This document shows, piece after piece, positions 29,233-39,569 of a stretch of 64,000 nt of DNA. The stretch is from the NCBI RefSeq assembly GCF_058153355.1, contig NZ_CM177019.1; one strand, 5' to 3'. Each line of letters starts with the position of its first letter. Position 1 is the stretch's first letter. A program made the position numbers and the translations under genes. The notes under the pieces are model-generated. The model saw nothing but the letters and a program-made list of their open reading frames with translations. It had not been told where the DNA came from and did not search any database.

Positions 29233-30097
29233 CGTAACAGACGAAGTCCCGGAAAATACCCGCACGGCAATCCATTCCTGCGATGGCGAAATCAATATGA
29301 ATGATTTGATAGCCAGGGAGGCGAATGTTCTGTTTGTAGTGCTTGATTCCCTGCGTTTTGATATTGCGTTTCAGGAACAAGAGGCGGGCAATACGCCGAA
29401 CATTAACCGCTATGGTCGCTGGATAAAGTGCGAAGCCGCTGGCAATTTTACCTGGCCTTCGCATCATTCGATGTTTTCTGGTTTTATGCCTAAGCCGCTG
29501 GAAGCCGCACCGGGCCATTCAATGCTCTTTTTTCCCAAAGATATTGGCTTAGGGCGTTTAGGGCCAAAAAATGCATTCGCATTCAGCGAAGAGACGTGGA
29601 TTAAAGGGCTGGAAAACAAAGGTTACCGCACTATCTGCGTGGGTGGCATCTCCTTTTTTAATAACCGCTCAGGGATGGGAAAAGTGTTCCCGGCGATGTT
29701 TAAAGAGAGTTACTGGTATCCTAATTTCTCCTGCACGGTGAAAGAGAGCATGGATAATCAGCTCACCTTAATTAACAAAAAGGTGAACGCTGAACAGCCG
29801 CTGATGATGTATATCAATATCGACACCATTCATTATCCGAATCATTTTTATATTGAAAATGCCAAACCTGGCGATACGGTAGAAACTCACGCCGCTGCCC
29901 TGCATTATATTGATGCCAGAATCGAAAAACTTTTCGATATCTTTCGGCAAACCGGGCGGGAAACGTTAGTTATTCTCTGTTCCGATCATGGCACCTGCTA
30001 CGGGGAAGACGGTAAATATTTCCACAGTTTTAACCATCCGATTGTGAATACCGTACCCTATTTTCACTTTGTGTTAGACGGCAAAGACCATGAATAA
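29225..30097 (+). CDS. Alkaline-phosphatase-superfamily metalloenzyme, type I phosphodiesterase / nucleotide pyrophosphatase (NPP)-like
   Basis: ORF track 290 aa; VVLDSLRFD metal-ligand motif, NFTWPSHHSMFSG (Thr nucleophile context), C-terminal CSDHG. Confidence 0.65.
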   Translation: MYNVTDEVPENTRTAIHSCDGEINMNDLIAREANVLFVVLDSLRFDIAFQEQEAGNTPNINRYGRWIKCEAAGNFTWPSHHSMFSGFMPKPLEAAPGHSMLFFPKDIGLGRLGPKNAFAFSEETWIKGLENKGYRTICVGGISFFNNRSGMGKVFPAMFKESYWYPNFSCTVKESMDNQLTLINKKVNAEQPLMMYINIDTIHYPNHFYIENAKPGDTVETHAAALHYIDARIEKLFDIFRQTGRETLVILCSDHGTCYGEDGKYFHSFNHPIVNTVPYFHFVLDGKDHE

Positions 30098-31232
30098 TGA
30101 ATCGATTTATCAGCAATATATGTACAGTTACCCGCATAAGACCGCTTATCGGGAATTAAACAATATTGCTTTTGCGGATGTGAAATCGCGTATTTACGAG
30201 CATAAAACACATCTCTATATTCATATGCCTTTTTGCCAGAGCCGCTGCGGGTTTTGTAATCTCTTTACCTGCACGGGGGCAGACAATGCCTTTATCGACA
30301 ACTACATAGAAGCAATTATTATCCAGGCCCGGCAAATGCAACTTGCGCCTGTAGACTGGGCCAGTTTTACCATTGGCGGCGGTACGCCACTACTGCTTAA
30401 TACCGGGCAACTGTCACGGTTGTTTCGCGGGGTGTTTGACGAATTACAGGTCGATGCGCAGATTTTTAAGGCAATTGAAACATCGCCTTCCGATACCACC
30501 GCCGAAAAGGTCGCGTTATTGCGCCAGCTTGCGGTAAGCCGCGGCAGGGGTAATTTCCCGATAATCAATATTGATATTATTTACGGTATTCCTGGTCAAA
30601 CAGCCGCAAGTTTAATGGCGTCGCTTAATCAGGCATTAGATTATCAGCCTGACGAACTTTTTTTGTACCCGCTGTATAACATGCCGCGCCAGCCGGATAT
30701 GTATAGCCTCTATATTGAAGCCCGCGATCGCTTATTGCATGAAGGTTATACGCAAACGTCAATGCGCCGTTTTGTGCGGGTGAATAATGAGTCGACGGCT
30801 GAAAGTTGTGGCTTTGAAAATTCGCTGGCGCTTGGCGCGGGCGGGCGCAGTTATCTTGGCAATTTACATTACTGCACGCCGTGGTCGCAAAACCAGCCCG
30901 CATCGCGGCAAATTGTCACGGATTTTATCGCCCGGCCAGATAAGACCCAGATTCACCACGGCTATGTACTTTCACAAGCAGAAATGAAGCGGCGTTTTAT
31001 TATCAAGAATCTCTTTTTCTATAAGGGGCTTTCGTTACGGGATTATCAGCATCAGTTCTTCTCTGAGGTATTAAGCGATTTTCCCCTGCTGGGAGATTTC
31101 ATCAAACAAGATTACTGCCACCAGCAGGATAATCGTATTCTGCTCACCGCGCAGGGTTTAGCGCTTTCGGACCAGCTTGGCCCGCTGTTTATCTCCCCGG
31201 AAGTTCGCAGGCTGGAGACGCATAAACGATGA
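30090..31232 (+). CDS. HemN-like radical SAM enzyme (HemN/HemW/class C rSAM methyltransferase family)
   Basis: ORF track 380 aa; YIHMPFCQSRCGFC CxxxCxxC motif, FTIGGGTP, IDIIYGIPGQT; parallels hemN in this window (YVHIPFCHKLCYFC). Confidence 0.8.
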   Translation: MNNESIYQQYMYSYPHKTAYRELNNIAFADVKSRIYEHKTHLYIHMPFCQSRCGFCNLFTCTGADNAFIDNYIEAIIIQARQMQLAPVDWASFTIGGGTPLLLNTGQLSRLFRGVFDELQVDAQIFKAIETSPSDTTAEKVALLRQLAVSRGRGNFPIINIDIIYGIPGQTAASLMASLNQALDYQPDELFLYPLYNMPRQPDMYSLYIEARDRLLHEGYTQTSMRRFVRVNNESTAESCGFENSLALGAGGRSYLGNLHYCTPWSQNQPASRQIVTDFIARPDKTQIHHGYVLSQAEMKRRFIIKNLFFYKGLSLRDYQHQFFSEVLSDFPLLGDFIKQDYCHQQDNRILLTAQGLALSDQLGPLFISPEVRRLETHKR

Positions 31233-32086
31233 CGCTCAAGCAGATCCAGACGCTGATTTATCGCGGCGAGATAAAGTCGTGTAATTATCGCTGTGGTTAT
31301 TGCCCTTTTCATAAACAAGACCGCAATGATAAACAGCAGGATGAAGTGGCATTATGGCGCATGGTTGAACATTTACCGGCGCTGGGTTCACCATTAAATG
31401 TATTTATTACGCCCTACGGCGAAGCATTGCGTTATCGTTATTATATGGCGGCGATGGCGGAAATCAGCCGCTATTCCCATGTGCAGGCGGTGGGTATTCA
31501 GACCAACGCCTCTTTTAATTTATCCACCTTAGTCGCGACTTTTCAGCACTCTCAGGGCGATTTAGCAAAGCTGCGGCTGTGGTGTTCGTTTCATCCTTCC
31601 CAGGTCAGTAAAGAAGTTTTCCTTAAACAGTTACTGGCAATTAAGGACACGGGGATTACCTGTTCTGTGGGGGCCGTCGCCAGCGTAGCCGACTATGACG
31701 AATTACAGTGGTTACGCGCGCATCTTCCTCCCGATATCTATTTCTGGCTAAACGCCAATGAGCGCGATAAAAGGCCCACCAGCGACGAAAGAAATAGCCA
31801 GTTTCAGTTGCTGGACCCGCTTTATTATCTGGAAACCAGCCTCTGGCCTGCCAATGTCGAGTTTTGTCTGGGCGGCAAAAAGAGCGTGTTTATGAATGCT
31901 GATGGCGATCTCTTCGCCTGTAATATCAGCAAAATTAAGATTGGCAATTTATATCAACAGCAACTTTCATCTCCGGCTTGTATGTCCAGGCACTGTCACT
32001 GTTATCTGGCTTATCACCTGCGTGAGGATATTCCGGCCCTCTCACAATTTGATGCTGAACGCTGCTTTCGGATCTTCTCGTTATGA
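31229..32086 (+). CDS. Small radical SAM-like protein with viperin-like cluster motif
   Basis: ORF track 285 aa; N-terminal CNYRCGYCPFH (CxxxCxxC); C-terminal cysteines CNISK...CMSRHCHC; ATGA overlap with the upstream gene. Confidence 0.55.
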   Translation: MTLKQIQTLIYRGEIKSCNYRCGYCPFHKQDRNDKQQDEVALWRMVEHLPALGSPLNVFITPYGEALRYRYYMAAMAEISRYSHVQAVGIQTNASFNLSTLVATFQHSQGDLAKLRLWCSFHPSQVSKEVFLKQLLAIKDTGITCSVGAVASVADYDELQWLRAHLPPDIYFWLNANERDKRPTSDERNSQFQLLDPLYYLETSLWPANVEFCLGGKKSVFMNADGDLFACNISKIKIGNLYQQQLSSPACMSRHCHCYLAYHLREDIPALSQFDAERCFRIFSL

Positions 32087-32778
32087 TCTGGCGGTTAATC
32101 GCGCTCGATTTAGACGGCACATTGCTGAACAGCAAGAAGATGATTTCCCCTGCGTCTGTTTCGGCACTGCAAAGCGCACAACAGGCAGGTGTGAAGATTA
32201 TCCTTGCCACCGGACGTTCGCACAGCAAAGCCCTGCCTTATTACCAACAATTGCAGTTAACCGAGCCGATGATTTGCTGTAACGGCAGCTATCTTTATCA
32301 TCCGCGCCAGCGGCAAATATTGCGTCCGCTGGCGCTTGATATCCACAAGGTGGAACAACTACGACTCTGGTTTTCACAACAAATATTGCAGCCAAATATT
32401 TATACGTACGATGATTTTGTTTTGCAGATTAGCCTGATACACCGCAAGACTTCGTTATTGCGCCAGACAGAGGAATTTGCCCGGCAAGAATTATCGCTGG
32501 CCTGTAGCTGGTCCTGGCATCATCAACTGGATATTACTCAGGCGGGGTGCGATAAAGGCAAAAGTCTGCTCTGGTATGCCCAGCAGCAAAATATCGCGCT
32601 GGATGAAATTATTGCCTTTGGCGACAACGATAATGATGCGGGGATGCTGCGGATGGTAGGCAAAGGGATTGCGATGGGCAATGGCAGTTCGCTGGCAAAA
32701 GTCAGTGCTGACCGCGTTATTGGTCACAACAACACAGATGCTATTGCGGATTTTCTTGATGCGCAGGGTTTCAGATGA
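32083..32778 (+). CDS. HAD-superfamily Cof-type (IIB) phosphatase
   Basis: ORF track 231 aa; LIALDLDGTLL (DxDGT) and FGDNDNDAGM motifs. Confidence 0.8.
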   Translation: MIWRLIALDLDGTLLNSKKMISPASVSALQSAQQAGVKIILATGRSHSKALPYYQQLQLTEPMICCNGSYLYHPRQRQILRPLALDIHKVEQLRLWFSQQILQPNIYTYDDFVLQISLIHRKTSLLRQTEEFARQELSLACSWSWHHQLDITQAGCDKGKSLLWYAQQQNIALDEIIAFGDNDNDAGMLRMVGKGIAMGNGSSLAKVSADRVIGHNNTDAIADFLDAQGFR

Positions 32779-32821
32779 CGCCTGATGCGATGCTGGCGCA
32801 TCTTATCAGGCCTACAAAAGC

Positions 32822-32851
32822 AAAAAACCTGCCATCGCTGGCAGGTTTTTT
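32822..32851. terminator. Bidirectional Rho-independent terminator between the island operon and typA, next to a REP-like element
   Basis: aaaaaacctgccatcgctggcaggtttttta hairpin flanked by A- and T-runs. Confidence 0.75.
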
Positions 32852-32868
32852 ATGACTAAAAAACGAAA

Positions 32869-34692
32869 TTAATCGTCTTTCGGTGCGCGGTTGGCGCGAC
32901 GACGATCGTTTTCCGTCAGGTGACGTTTACGAATACGGATAGAGGTCGGAGTCACTTCTACCAGTTCGTCATCATCGATGAACTCCAGAGCTTGTTCCAG
33001 AGTCATGCGGATAGGCGGAACCAGAACAACGGCTTCGTCAGTACCGGAAGCACGCATGTTGGTCAGTTTCTTACCGGTCAGACAGTTTACAGTCAGGTCG
33101 TTAGAGCGGCTATGAATACCGATAATCTGACCTTCGTAAACTTCTGCACCGTGACCGAGGAACAGCTTACCGCGATCCTGCAGACCGAACAGCGCGAACG
33201 CGACCGCTTTACCCTGACCGTTAGAGATCAGTACACCGTTCTGACGCTGTCCCACTTCGCCCGGACGTACGTCGTCGTAGTGGCTGAAGGTGGAGTACAG
33301 CAGACCAGTACCGGAAGTCATGGTCATGAACTCAGAACGGAAGCCAATCAGACCACGGCTTGGGATCACGTAGTCGAGACGTACGCGGCCTTTACCGTCT
33401 GGATTCATGTTTTTCAGGTCGCCTTTACGTTCGCCCAGCGCCTGCATCACAGAACCCTGATGCTGTTCTTCAACGTCCAGAGTCACGTTTTCATACGGCT
33501 CTTGTTTACGACCGTCGATTTCACGGAAGATAACTTTCGGACGGGATACCGCCAGTTCGAAACCTTCACGACGCATGTTTTCGATCAGAACAGACAGGTG
33601 CAGTTCGCCACGACCAGAAACGCGGAACGCATCGGCGTCTTCAGTTTCTTCTACGCGCAGCGCAACGTTGTGTACCAGTTCTTTGTTCAGACGATCCAGG
33701 ATCTGACGAGACGTTACGAACTTACCTTCTTTACCGCAGAACGGCGAGGTGTTAACGCAGAAGAACATAGAAACGGTCGGCTCATCAACGGAGAGTGCCG
33801 GCAGCGCTTCAACGTTTTGCGTGTCGCAAACGGTGTCAGAAATGTTCAGTTCGCCCAGGCCCGTGATCGCCACGATATCGCCAGCTTCCGCCAGATCGGT
33901 TTCGATACGTTCCAGACCGAGGTGGCCCAGCACTTTACCGACTTTCGCGTTGCGGGTTTTGCCTTCGCTATCGATGATAGTAACTTGCTGGTTCGGCTTC
34001 ACTTTACCGCGCTTGATGCGGCCAATGCCGATAACGCCAACATAGCTGTTGTAATCGAGCTGAGAAATCTGCATCTGGAACGGACCGTCAAGGTCAACGT
34101 CCGGCGCAGGAACGTGGTCAACAATTGCCTGATACAGCGGGGTCATGTCTTCCGCCATATCTTCGTGGTCCAGACCGGCGATACCGTTCAGCGCAGAAGC
34201 GTAAACGATCGGGAAGTCCAGCTGCTCGTCGGTCGCGTCGAGGTTAACGAACAGGTCGAATACCTGATCCACAACCCAGTCAGGACGCGCGCCAGGGCGG
34301 TCAACTTTGTTGATAACAACAATCGGCTTCAGGCCATAAGCAAACGCTTTTTTGGTTACGAAGCGCGTTTGCGGCATCGGGCCGTCAAATGCGTCAACCA
34401 CCAGCAGCACTGAGTCTACCATGGACATTACACGTTCAACTTCACCACCGAAGTCGGCGTGCCCCGGGGTATCAACGATGTTGATACGGTAATCATTCCA
34501 TTTGATAGCGGTGTTTTTCGCGAGGATGGTAATCCCACGCTCTTTCTCCAAATCGTTGGAGTCCATCACGCGCTCTTGGGTTTCGGCACGAGAGTCGAAC
34601 GTACCAGATTGTTGGAGCAGCTTGTCTACCAGGGTGGTTTTACCATGGTCTACGTGCGCGATGATGGCGATATTACGCAATTTTTCGATCAC
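32869..34692 (-). CDS. typA: Ribosome-associated translational GTPase BipA/TypA
   Basis: ORF track 607 aa, [26 protein letters not shown]... Confidence 0.95.
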   Translation of the reverse strand: MIEKLRNIAIIAHVDHGKTTLVDKLLQQSGTFDSRAETQERVMDSNDLEKERGITILAKNTAIKWNDYRINIVDTPGHADFGGEVERVMSMVDSVLLVVDAFDGPMPQTRFVTKKAFAYGLKPIVVINKVDRPGARPDWVVDQVFDLFVNLDATDEQLDFPIVYASALNGIAGLDHEDMAEDMTPLYQAIVDHVPAPDVDLDGPFQMQISQLDYNSYVGVIGIGRIKRGKVKPNQQVTIIDSEGKTRNAKVGKVLGHLGLERIETDLAEAGDIVAITGLGELNISDTVCDTQNVEALPALSVDEPTVSMFFCVNTSPFCGKEGKFVTSRQILDRLNKELVHNVALRVEETEDADAFRVSGRGELHLSVLIENMRREGFELAVSRPKVIFREIDGRKQEPYENVTLDVEEQHQGSVMQALGERKGDLKNMNPDGKGRVRLDYVIPSRGLIGFRSEFMTMTSGTGLLYSTFSHYDDVRPGEVGQRQNGVLISNGQGKAVAFALFGLQDRGKLFLGHGAEVYEGQIIGIHSRSNDLTVNCLTGKKLTNMRASGTDEAVVLVPPIRMTLEQALEFIDDDELVEVTPTSIRIRKRHLTENDRRRANRAPKDD

Positions 34693-34843
34693 AACTTTGC
34701 CTCAGGCATTAGAAATAGCGCGTTATTGTACACGGATTAATCGCACTACAAAACAGGATCACAAACATCCTCCGCAAACAAGTATTGCAGAGTCCCTTTG
34801 TGATCGCTTTCACGGAGCATAAAAAGGGTTATCCAAAGGTCAT

Positions 34844-34981
34844 TGCACCAATATGGTGCTTAATGTTTCCATTGAAGCACTATATTGGTGCAACATTCAC
34901 ATCATGGTGCAGCCCTTTTGCACGATGTTAAGCATGATAACGCCTTTTAGGGGCAATTTAAAAGTTGGCACAGTTTTCGCT
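34844..34981 (+). promoter_or_regulatory. glnA upstream region: NtrC enhancer sites and sigma54 promoter glnAp2
   Basis: TGCACCAATATGGTGCT at 34844..34860, further GCAC...GGTGCA half-sites, and TTGGCACAGTTTTCGC -24/-12 element at about 34965..34980. Confidence 0.8.
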
Positions 34982-35064
34982 TTATCTTTTTTACGGCGAC
35001 ACGGCCAAAATAATTGCAGATTTCGTTACCACGACGACCATGACCAATCCAGGAGAGTTAAAGT

Positions 35065-36474
35065 ATGTCCGCTGAACACGTACTGACGATGCTGAACGAG
35101 CACGAAGTGAAGTTTGTTGATTTGCGCTTCACCGATACCAAAGGTAAAGAACAGCACGTCACTATCCCTGCTCATCAGGTGAATGCTGAATTCTTCGAAG
35201 AAGGCAAAATGTTTGACGGCTCCTCGATTGGCGGCTGGAAAGGCATTAACGAATCCGACATGGTGCTGATGCCAGACGCATCCACCGCAGTGATTGACCC
35301 GTTCTTCGCGGACTCTACCCTGATTATCCGTTGCGATATCCTTGAACCAGGCACCCTGCAAGGCTATGACCGTGACCCGCGTTCCATCGCGAAGCGCGCT
35401 GAAGATTACCTGCGTTCTACTGGCATTGCCGACACCGTACTGTTCGGGCCAGAACCTGAATTCTTCCTGTTCGATGACATCCGTTTCGGCGCGTCTATCT
35501 CCGGTTCTCATGTTGCCATCGACGATATCGAAGGTGCATGGAACTCCTCCACCAAATATGAAGGTGGTAACAAAGGTCACCGTCCGGCAGTGAAAGGCGG
35601 TTACTTCCCGGTTCCGCCGGTAGACTCTGCTCAGGATATCCGTTCTGAAATGTGTCTGGTGATGGAACAGATGGGCCTGGTAGTTGAAGCCCATCACCAC
35701 GAAGTAGCGACTGCTGGTCAGAACGAAGTGGCAACCCGCTTCAATACCATGACCAAAAAAGCTGACGAAATTCAGATCTACAAATATGTTGTGCACAACG
35801 TGGCGCACCGCTTCGGTAAAACCGCGACCTTTATGCCAAAACCGATGTTCGGTGATAACGGCTCCGGTATGCACTGCCACATGTCACTGTCTAAAAACGG
35901 CGTCAACCTGTTCGCGGGCGACAAATATGCAGGTCTGTCTGAGCAGGCGTTGTACTACATTGGCGGCGTAATCAAACACGCTAAAGCAATTAACGCCCTG
36001 GCAAACCCGACCACCAACTCTTACAAGCGTCTGGTCCCGGGCTACGAAGCACCAGTAATGCTGGCTTACTCTGCGCGTAACCGTTCTGCGTCTATCCGTA
36101 TTCCAGTGGTTTCTTCTCCGAAAGCACGTCGTATCGAAGTACGTTTCCCGGATCCGGCGGCTAACCCGTACCTGTGCTTTGCTGCCCTGCTGATGGCCGG
36201 TCTTGATGGTATCAAGAACAAGATCCACCCAGGCGAAGCCATGGACAAAAACCTGTATGACCTGCCGCCAGAAGAAGCGAAAGAGATCCCACAGGTTGCT
36301 GGTTCTCTGGAAGAAGCACTGAACGAACTGGATCTGGACCGCGAGTTCCTGAAAGCCGGTGGTGTGTTCACTGATGAAGCGATCGATGCGTACATCGCTC
36401 TGCGTCGCGAAGAAAATGACCGCGTGCGTATGACTCCGCATCCGGTAGAGTTTGAGCTGTACTACAGCGTCTAA
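35065..36474 (+). CDS. glnA: Glutamine synthetase
   Basis: ORF track 469 aa, [31 protein letters not shown]... Confidence 0.97.
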   Translation: MSAEHVLTMLNEHEVKFVDLRFTDTKGKEQHVTIPAHQVNAEFFEEGKMFDGSSIGGWKGINESDMVLMPDASTAVIDPFFADSTLIIRCDILEPGTLQGYDRDPRSIAKRAEDYLRSTGIADTVLFGPEPEFFLFDDIRFGASISGSHVAIDDIEGAWNSSTKYEGGNKGHRPAVKGGYFPVPPVDSAQDIRSEMCLVMEQMGLVVEAHHHEVATAGQNEVATRFNTMTKKADEIQIYKYVVHNVAHRFGKTATFMPKPMFGDNGSGMHCHMSLSKNGVNLFAGDKYAGLSEQALYYIGGVIKHAKAINALANPTTNSYKRLVPGYEAPVMLAYSARNRSASIRIPVVSSPKARRIEVRFPDPAANPYLCFAALLMAGLDGIKNKIHPGEAMDKNLYDLPPEEAKEIPQVAGSLEEALNELDLDREFLKAGGVFTDEAIDAYIALRREENDRVRMTPHPVEFELYYSV

Positions 36475-36562
36475 TAGTTGAAGTTGTACTACCCGGTGCA
36501 AAGAAGGCCGGGATTTAGTTGCCGTGGAAACTTTCAGCCCATCTCTGCATGGGCTTTTTTCT
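36475..36562 (+). ncRNA. glnZ: glnA 3'UTR with terminator; putative GlnZ-type 3'UTR-derived sRNA
   Basis: Hairpin gcccatctctgcatgggc plus T-run at about 36537..36560 directly after the glnA stop; sRNA assignment by position only. Confidence 0.4.
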
Positions 36563-36610
36563 CCGTAACTTCTTTGATGCTTCGCGCTTTTTATCCGTAA
36601 AAAGCTATAA

Positions 36611-36627
36611 TGCACTAAAATGGTGCA
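36611..36627 (+). promoter_or_regulatory. NtrC binding site at the glnL promoter
   Basis: TGCACTAAAATGGTGCA palindrome. Confidence 0.7.
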
Positions 36628-36648
36628 ACCTGTTCAGGAGACTGCTTT

Positions 36649-37698
36649 ATGGCAACAGGCACGCAGCCCGATGCTGGGCAGATCCTCAACTCGCTGATTA
36701 ACAGTATTTTGTTAATTGATGACAACCTGGCGATCCATTACGCCAACCCCGCCGCACAACAACTGCTCGCTCAAAGCTCCCGCAAATTGTTTGGTACACC
36801 GTTACCGGAACTGTTGAGCTACTTCTCATTAAATATCGAGCTGATGCAAGAAAGTCTTGAGGCGGGGCAAGGTTTTACCGATAACGAAGTGACGCTGGTC
36901 ATCGACGGGCGCTCGCATATCCTTTCTGTGACGGCCCAGCGTATGCCGGACGGCATGATCCTGCTGGAGATGGCACCGATGGATAACCAGCGCCGCTTAA
37001 GTCAGGAACAGCTACAGCACGCCCAGCAGGTTGCTGCCCGTGATTTAGTGCGCGGCCTGGCACATGAGATTAAAAATCCGCTTGGCGGTTTACGTGGCGC
37101 GGCCCAGTTGCTCAGCAAAGCATTACCTGACCCGTCACTACTCGAATATACCAAAGTGATTATCGAACAGGCGGACCGGCTGCGAAATCTGGTCGACCGT
37201 CTGTTGGGGCCGCAACTGCCCGGTACGCGCGTTACCGAAAGTATTCACAAAGTGGCTGAACGCGTGGTGACGCTGGTGTCGATGGAACTGCCGGACAACG
37301 TGCGGTTGATTCGTGATTACGACCCCAGCCTGCCGGAACTGGCGCACGACCCGGATCAAATTGAACAGGTATTGCTGAATATTGTGCGCAATGCGCTACA
37401 GGCACTGGGGCCGGAAGGTGGTGAAATCATTCTGCGTACCCGCACCGCGTTTCAACTGACCTTACACGGCGAGCGCTATCGGCTGGCGGCGCGGATTGAT
37501 GTGGAAGATAACGGGCCAGGCATTCCGCCTCATTTGCAGGATACGCTGTTTTACCCGATGGTCAGCGGCCGCGAAGGTGGCACCGGGCTTGGCTTATCCA
37601 TCGCCCGTAATTTGATTGATCAGCATTCAGGCAAAATTGAATTTACCAGTTGGCCAGGTCATACCGAGTTCTCGGTTTACCTGCCTATCAGGAAATAA
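36649..37698 (+). CDS. glnL: Nitrogen regulation sensor kinase NtrB
   Basis: ORF track 349 aa with histidine-kinase H-box (LAHEIKNPL). Confidence 0.95.
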
Positions 37699-37709
37699 AG
37701 GTGACGTTT

Positions 37710-39119
37710 ATGCAACGAGGGATAGTCTGGGTAGTCGATGACGATAGTTCCATCCGTTGGGTGCTTGAACGTGCGCTCGCTGGAGCGGGTTTAACCTGTA
37801 CGACATTTGAGAACGGCGCGGAAGTACTGGAGGCGCTGGCGAGCAAAACGCCGGATGTGCTGCTTTCAGATATCCGTATGCCGGGAATGGACGGGCTTGC
37901 GCTGCTCAAGCAGATTAAACAGCGCCATCCGATGCTTCCGGTCATCATTATGACCGCACATTCCGATCTGGATGCTGCCGTCAGCGCCTATCAACAAGGG
38001 GCGTTTGATTATCTGCCCAAACCGTTTGATATCGACGAAGCCGTGGCGCTGGTTGAGCGCGCCATCAGCCATTATCAGGAACAGCAGCAACCGCGTAATG
38101 TTCAGCTTAACGGCCCGACGACCGATATCATCGGCGAAGCGCCAGCCATGCAGGACGTGTTCCGGATTATCGGTCGGCTTTCACGTTCTTCTATTAGCGT
38201 GCTGATTAACGGCGAATCCGGCACCGGTAAAGAACTGGTCGCTCATGCCCTGCATCGCCACAGTCCTCGAGCCAAAGCGCCGTTTATCGCGCTGAATATG
38301 GCGGCTATCCCGAAGGATTTGATCGAATCAGAACTGTTCGGTCACGAGAAAGGCGCGTTTACCGGCGCGAATACTATTCGTCAGGGGCGTTTTGAACAGG
38401 CCGATGGCGGCACGTTATTCCTCGATGAAATTGGCGATATGCCGCTCGATGTACAGACGCGTTTGCTGCGCGTGCTGGCAGACGGTCAGTTTTATCGCGT
38501 TGGCGGCTATGCGCCGGTGAAAGTGGATGTGCGGATTATCGCTGCAACCCATCAGAATCTCGAACAGCGGGTACAGGAAGGCAAGTTCCGTGAGGATTTG
38601 TTCCACCGCCTGAACGTTATCCGCGTTCATCTGCCGCCGCTGCGTGAGCGTCGGGAAGATATTCCCCGTCTGGCACGCCATTTTTTACAGGTTGCCGCGC
38701 GCGAACTGGGCGTAGAAGCGAAGTTGCTGCATCCGGAAACCGAAGCCGCGCTGACGCGTCTGGCATGGCCGGGTAACGTGCGCCAGCTGGAAAACACCTG
38801 CCGTTGGTTAACGGTGATGGCCGCCGGGCAGGAAGTGTTGATTCAGGATTTGCCTGGCGAACTGTTTGAATCAACGGTTGCGGAGAGTACTCCGCAAATG
38901 CAACCGGACAGTTGGGCAACGCTGTTAGCGCAGTGGGCAGACAGAGCGCTGCGTTCCGGTCATCAAAATTTGCTTTCCGAAGCGCAGCCTGAGCTTGAGC
39001 GGACGTTACTGACGACCGCGTTGCGACATACGCAGGGGCATAAACAGGAAGCGGCGCGGCTACTTGGCTGGGGGCGTAACACCCTGACGCGGAAGTTAAA
39101 AGAGCTGGGGATGGAGTGA
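37710..39119 (+). CDS. glnG: Nitrogen regulation response regulator NtrC (sigma54 activator)
   Basis: Track ORF 37650..39119; ATG at 37710 gives [23 protein letters not shown]...; [11 protein letters not shown]+ motif. Confidence 0.95.
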   Translation: MQRGIVWVVDDDSSIRWVLERALAGAGLTCTTFENGAEVLEALASKTPDVLLSDIRMPGMDGLALLKQIKQRHPMLPVIIMTAHSDLDAAVSAYQQGAFDYLPKPFDIDEAVALVERAISHYQEQQQPRNVQLNGPTTDIIGEAPAMQDVFRIIGRLSRSSISVLINGESGTGKELVAHALHRHSPRAKAPFIALNMAAIPKDLIESELFGHEKGAFTGANTIRQGRFEQADGGTLFLDEIGDMPLDVQTRLLRVLADGQFYRVGGYAPVKVDVRIIAATHQNLEQRVQEGKFREDLFHRLNVIRVHLPPLRERREDIPRLARHFLQVAARELGVEAKLLHPETEAALTRLAWPGNVRQLENTCRWLTVMAAGQEVLIQDLPGELFESTVAESTPQMQPDSWATLLAQWADRALRSGHQNLLSEAQPELERTLLTTALRHTQGHKQEAARLLGWGRNTLTRKLKELGME

Positions 39120-39230
39120 TTCACAGCTTGTGTGTAAAGATTGATTATTGAGCGCAAATTGCTGGTATTTTGCGCTTTACTGTTCCGATAAGTTCAGTAT
39201 GATCTTGCCCGGAAAACGGGGAGAGTCATT

Positions 39231-39341
39231 ATGCTGGAATCAATAATTAATCTGGTATCGAGTGGCGCAGTTGACAGCCACACACCGCAAACTGCCGTTG
39301 CTGCCGTGCTGTGTGCTGCGATGATTGGGCTGTTTAGCTGA
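39231..39341 (+). CDS. yshB: Small membrane protein YshB (36 aa), absent from the ORF track
   Basis: ATG at 39231 after GGGGAGAG; translation MLESIINLVSSGAVDSHTPQTAVAAVLCAAMIGLFS; position between glnG and hemN. Confidence 0.75.
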   Translation: MLESIINLVSSGAVDSHTPQTAVAAVLCAAMIGLFS

Positions 39342-39470
39342 AGCTCGTTGTTTATGCCGGATGCGGAGAAAGTCGTAGGCCTGATAAGACGCGACCAGCG
39401 TCGCATCAGGCATCATGCTCAGATGCCGGATGCAGCGTAAACGCCTTATCCGGCCTACAAAAGCAATAAT
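39342..39470. repeat. REP (repetitive extragenic palindromic) elements
   Basis: gccggatgcgg...cgcatcaggc and cgccttatccggcctac REP-type palindromes. Confidence 0.7.
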
Positions 39471-39569
39471 TTCAACAGGTTTTCTTAACCAGCGCATCAA
39501 GCAATCTTGTTCTCAGCACATTGATGGCGCTTTCGTTTTCTACTTTGTAAACGAAGCGCCATTCACCAT

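Noticed and set aside
27199-32868. Possibility that the six-gene island is itself a mobile element or prophage remnant
   Set aside because: No integrase, transposase, tRNA target or flanking direct or inverted repeats are visible; the boundaries coincide with an ordinary terminator and a REP element, so it is better described as a locus replacement.
32920-34413. 497-aa plus-strand ORF antisense to typA
   Set aside because: Lies entirely within the highly conserved bipA/typA gene on the opposite strand; composition looks like an antisense artefact of a GC-rich, codon-biased gene.
35026-36615. Minus-strand ORFs of 284 aa and 243 aa
   Set aside because: Antisense to glnA; glnA identity is unambiguous.
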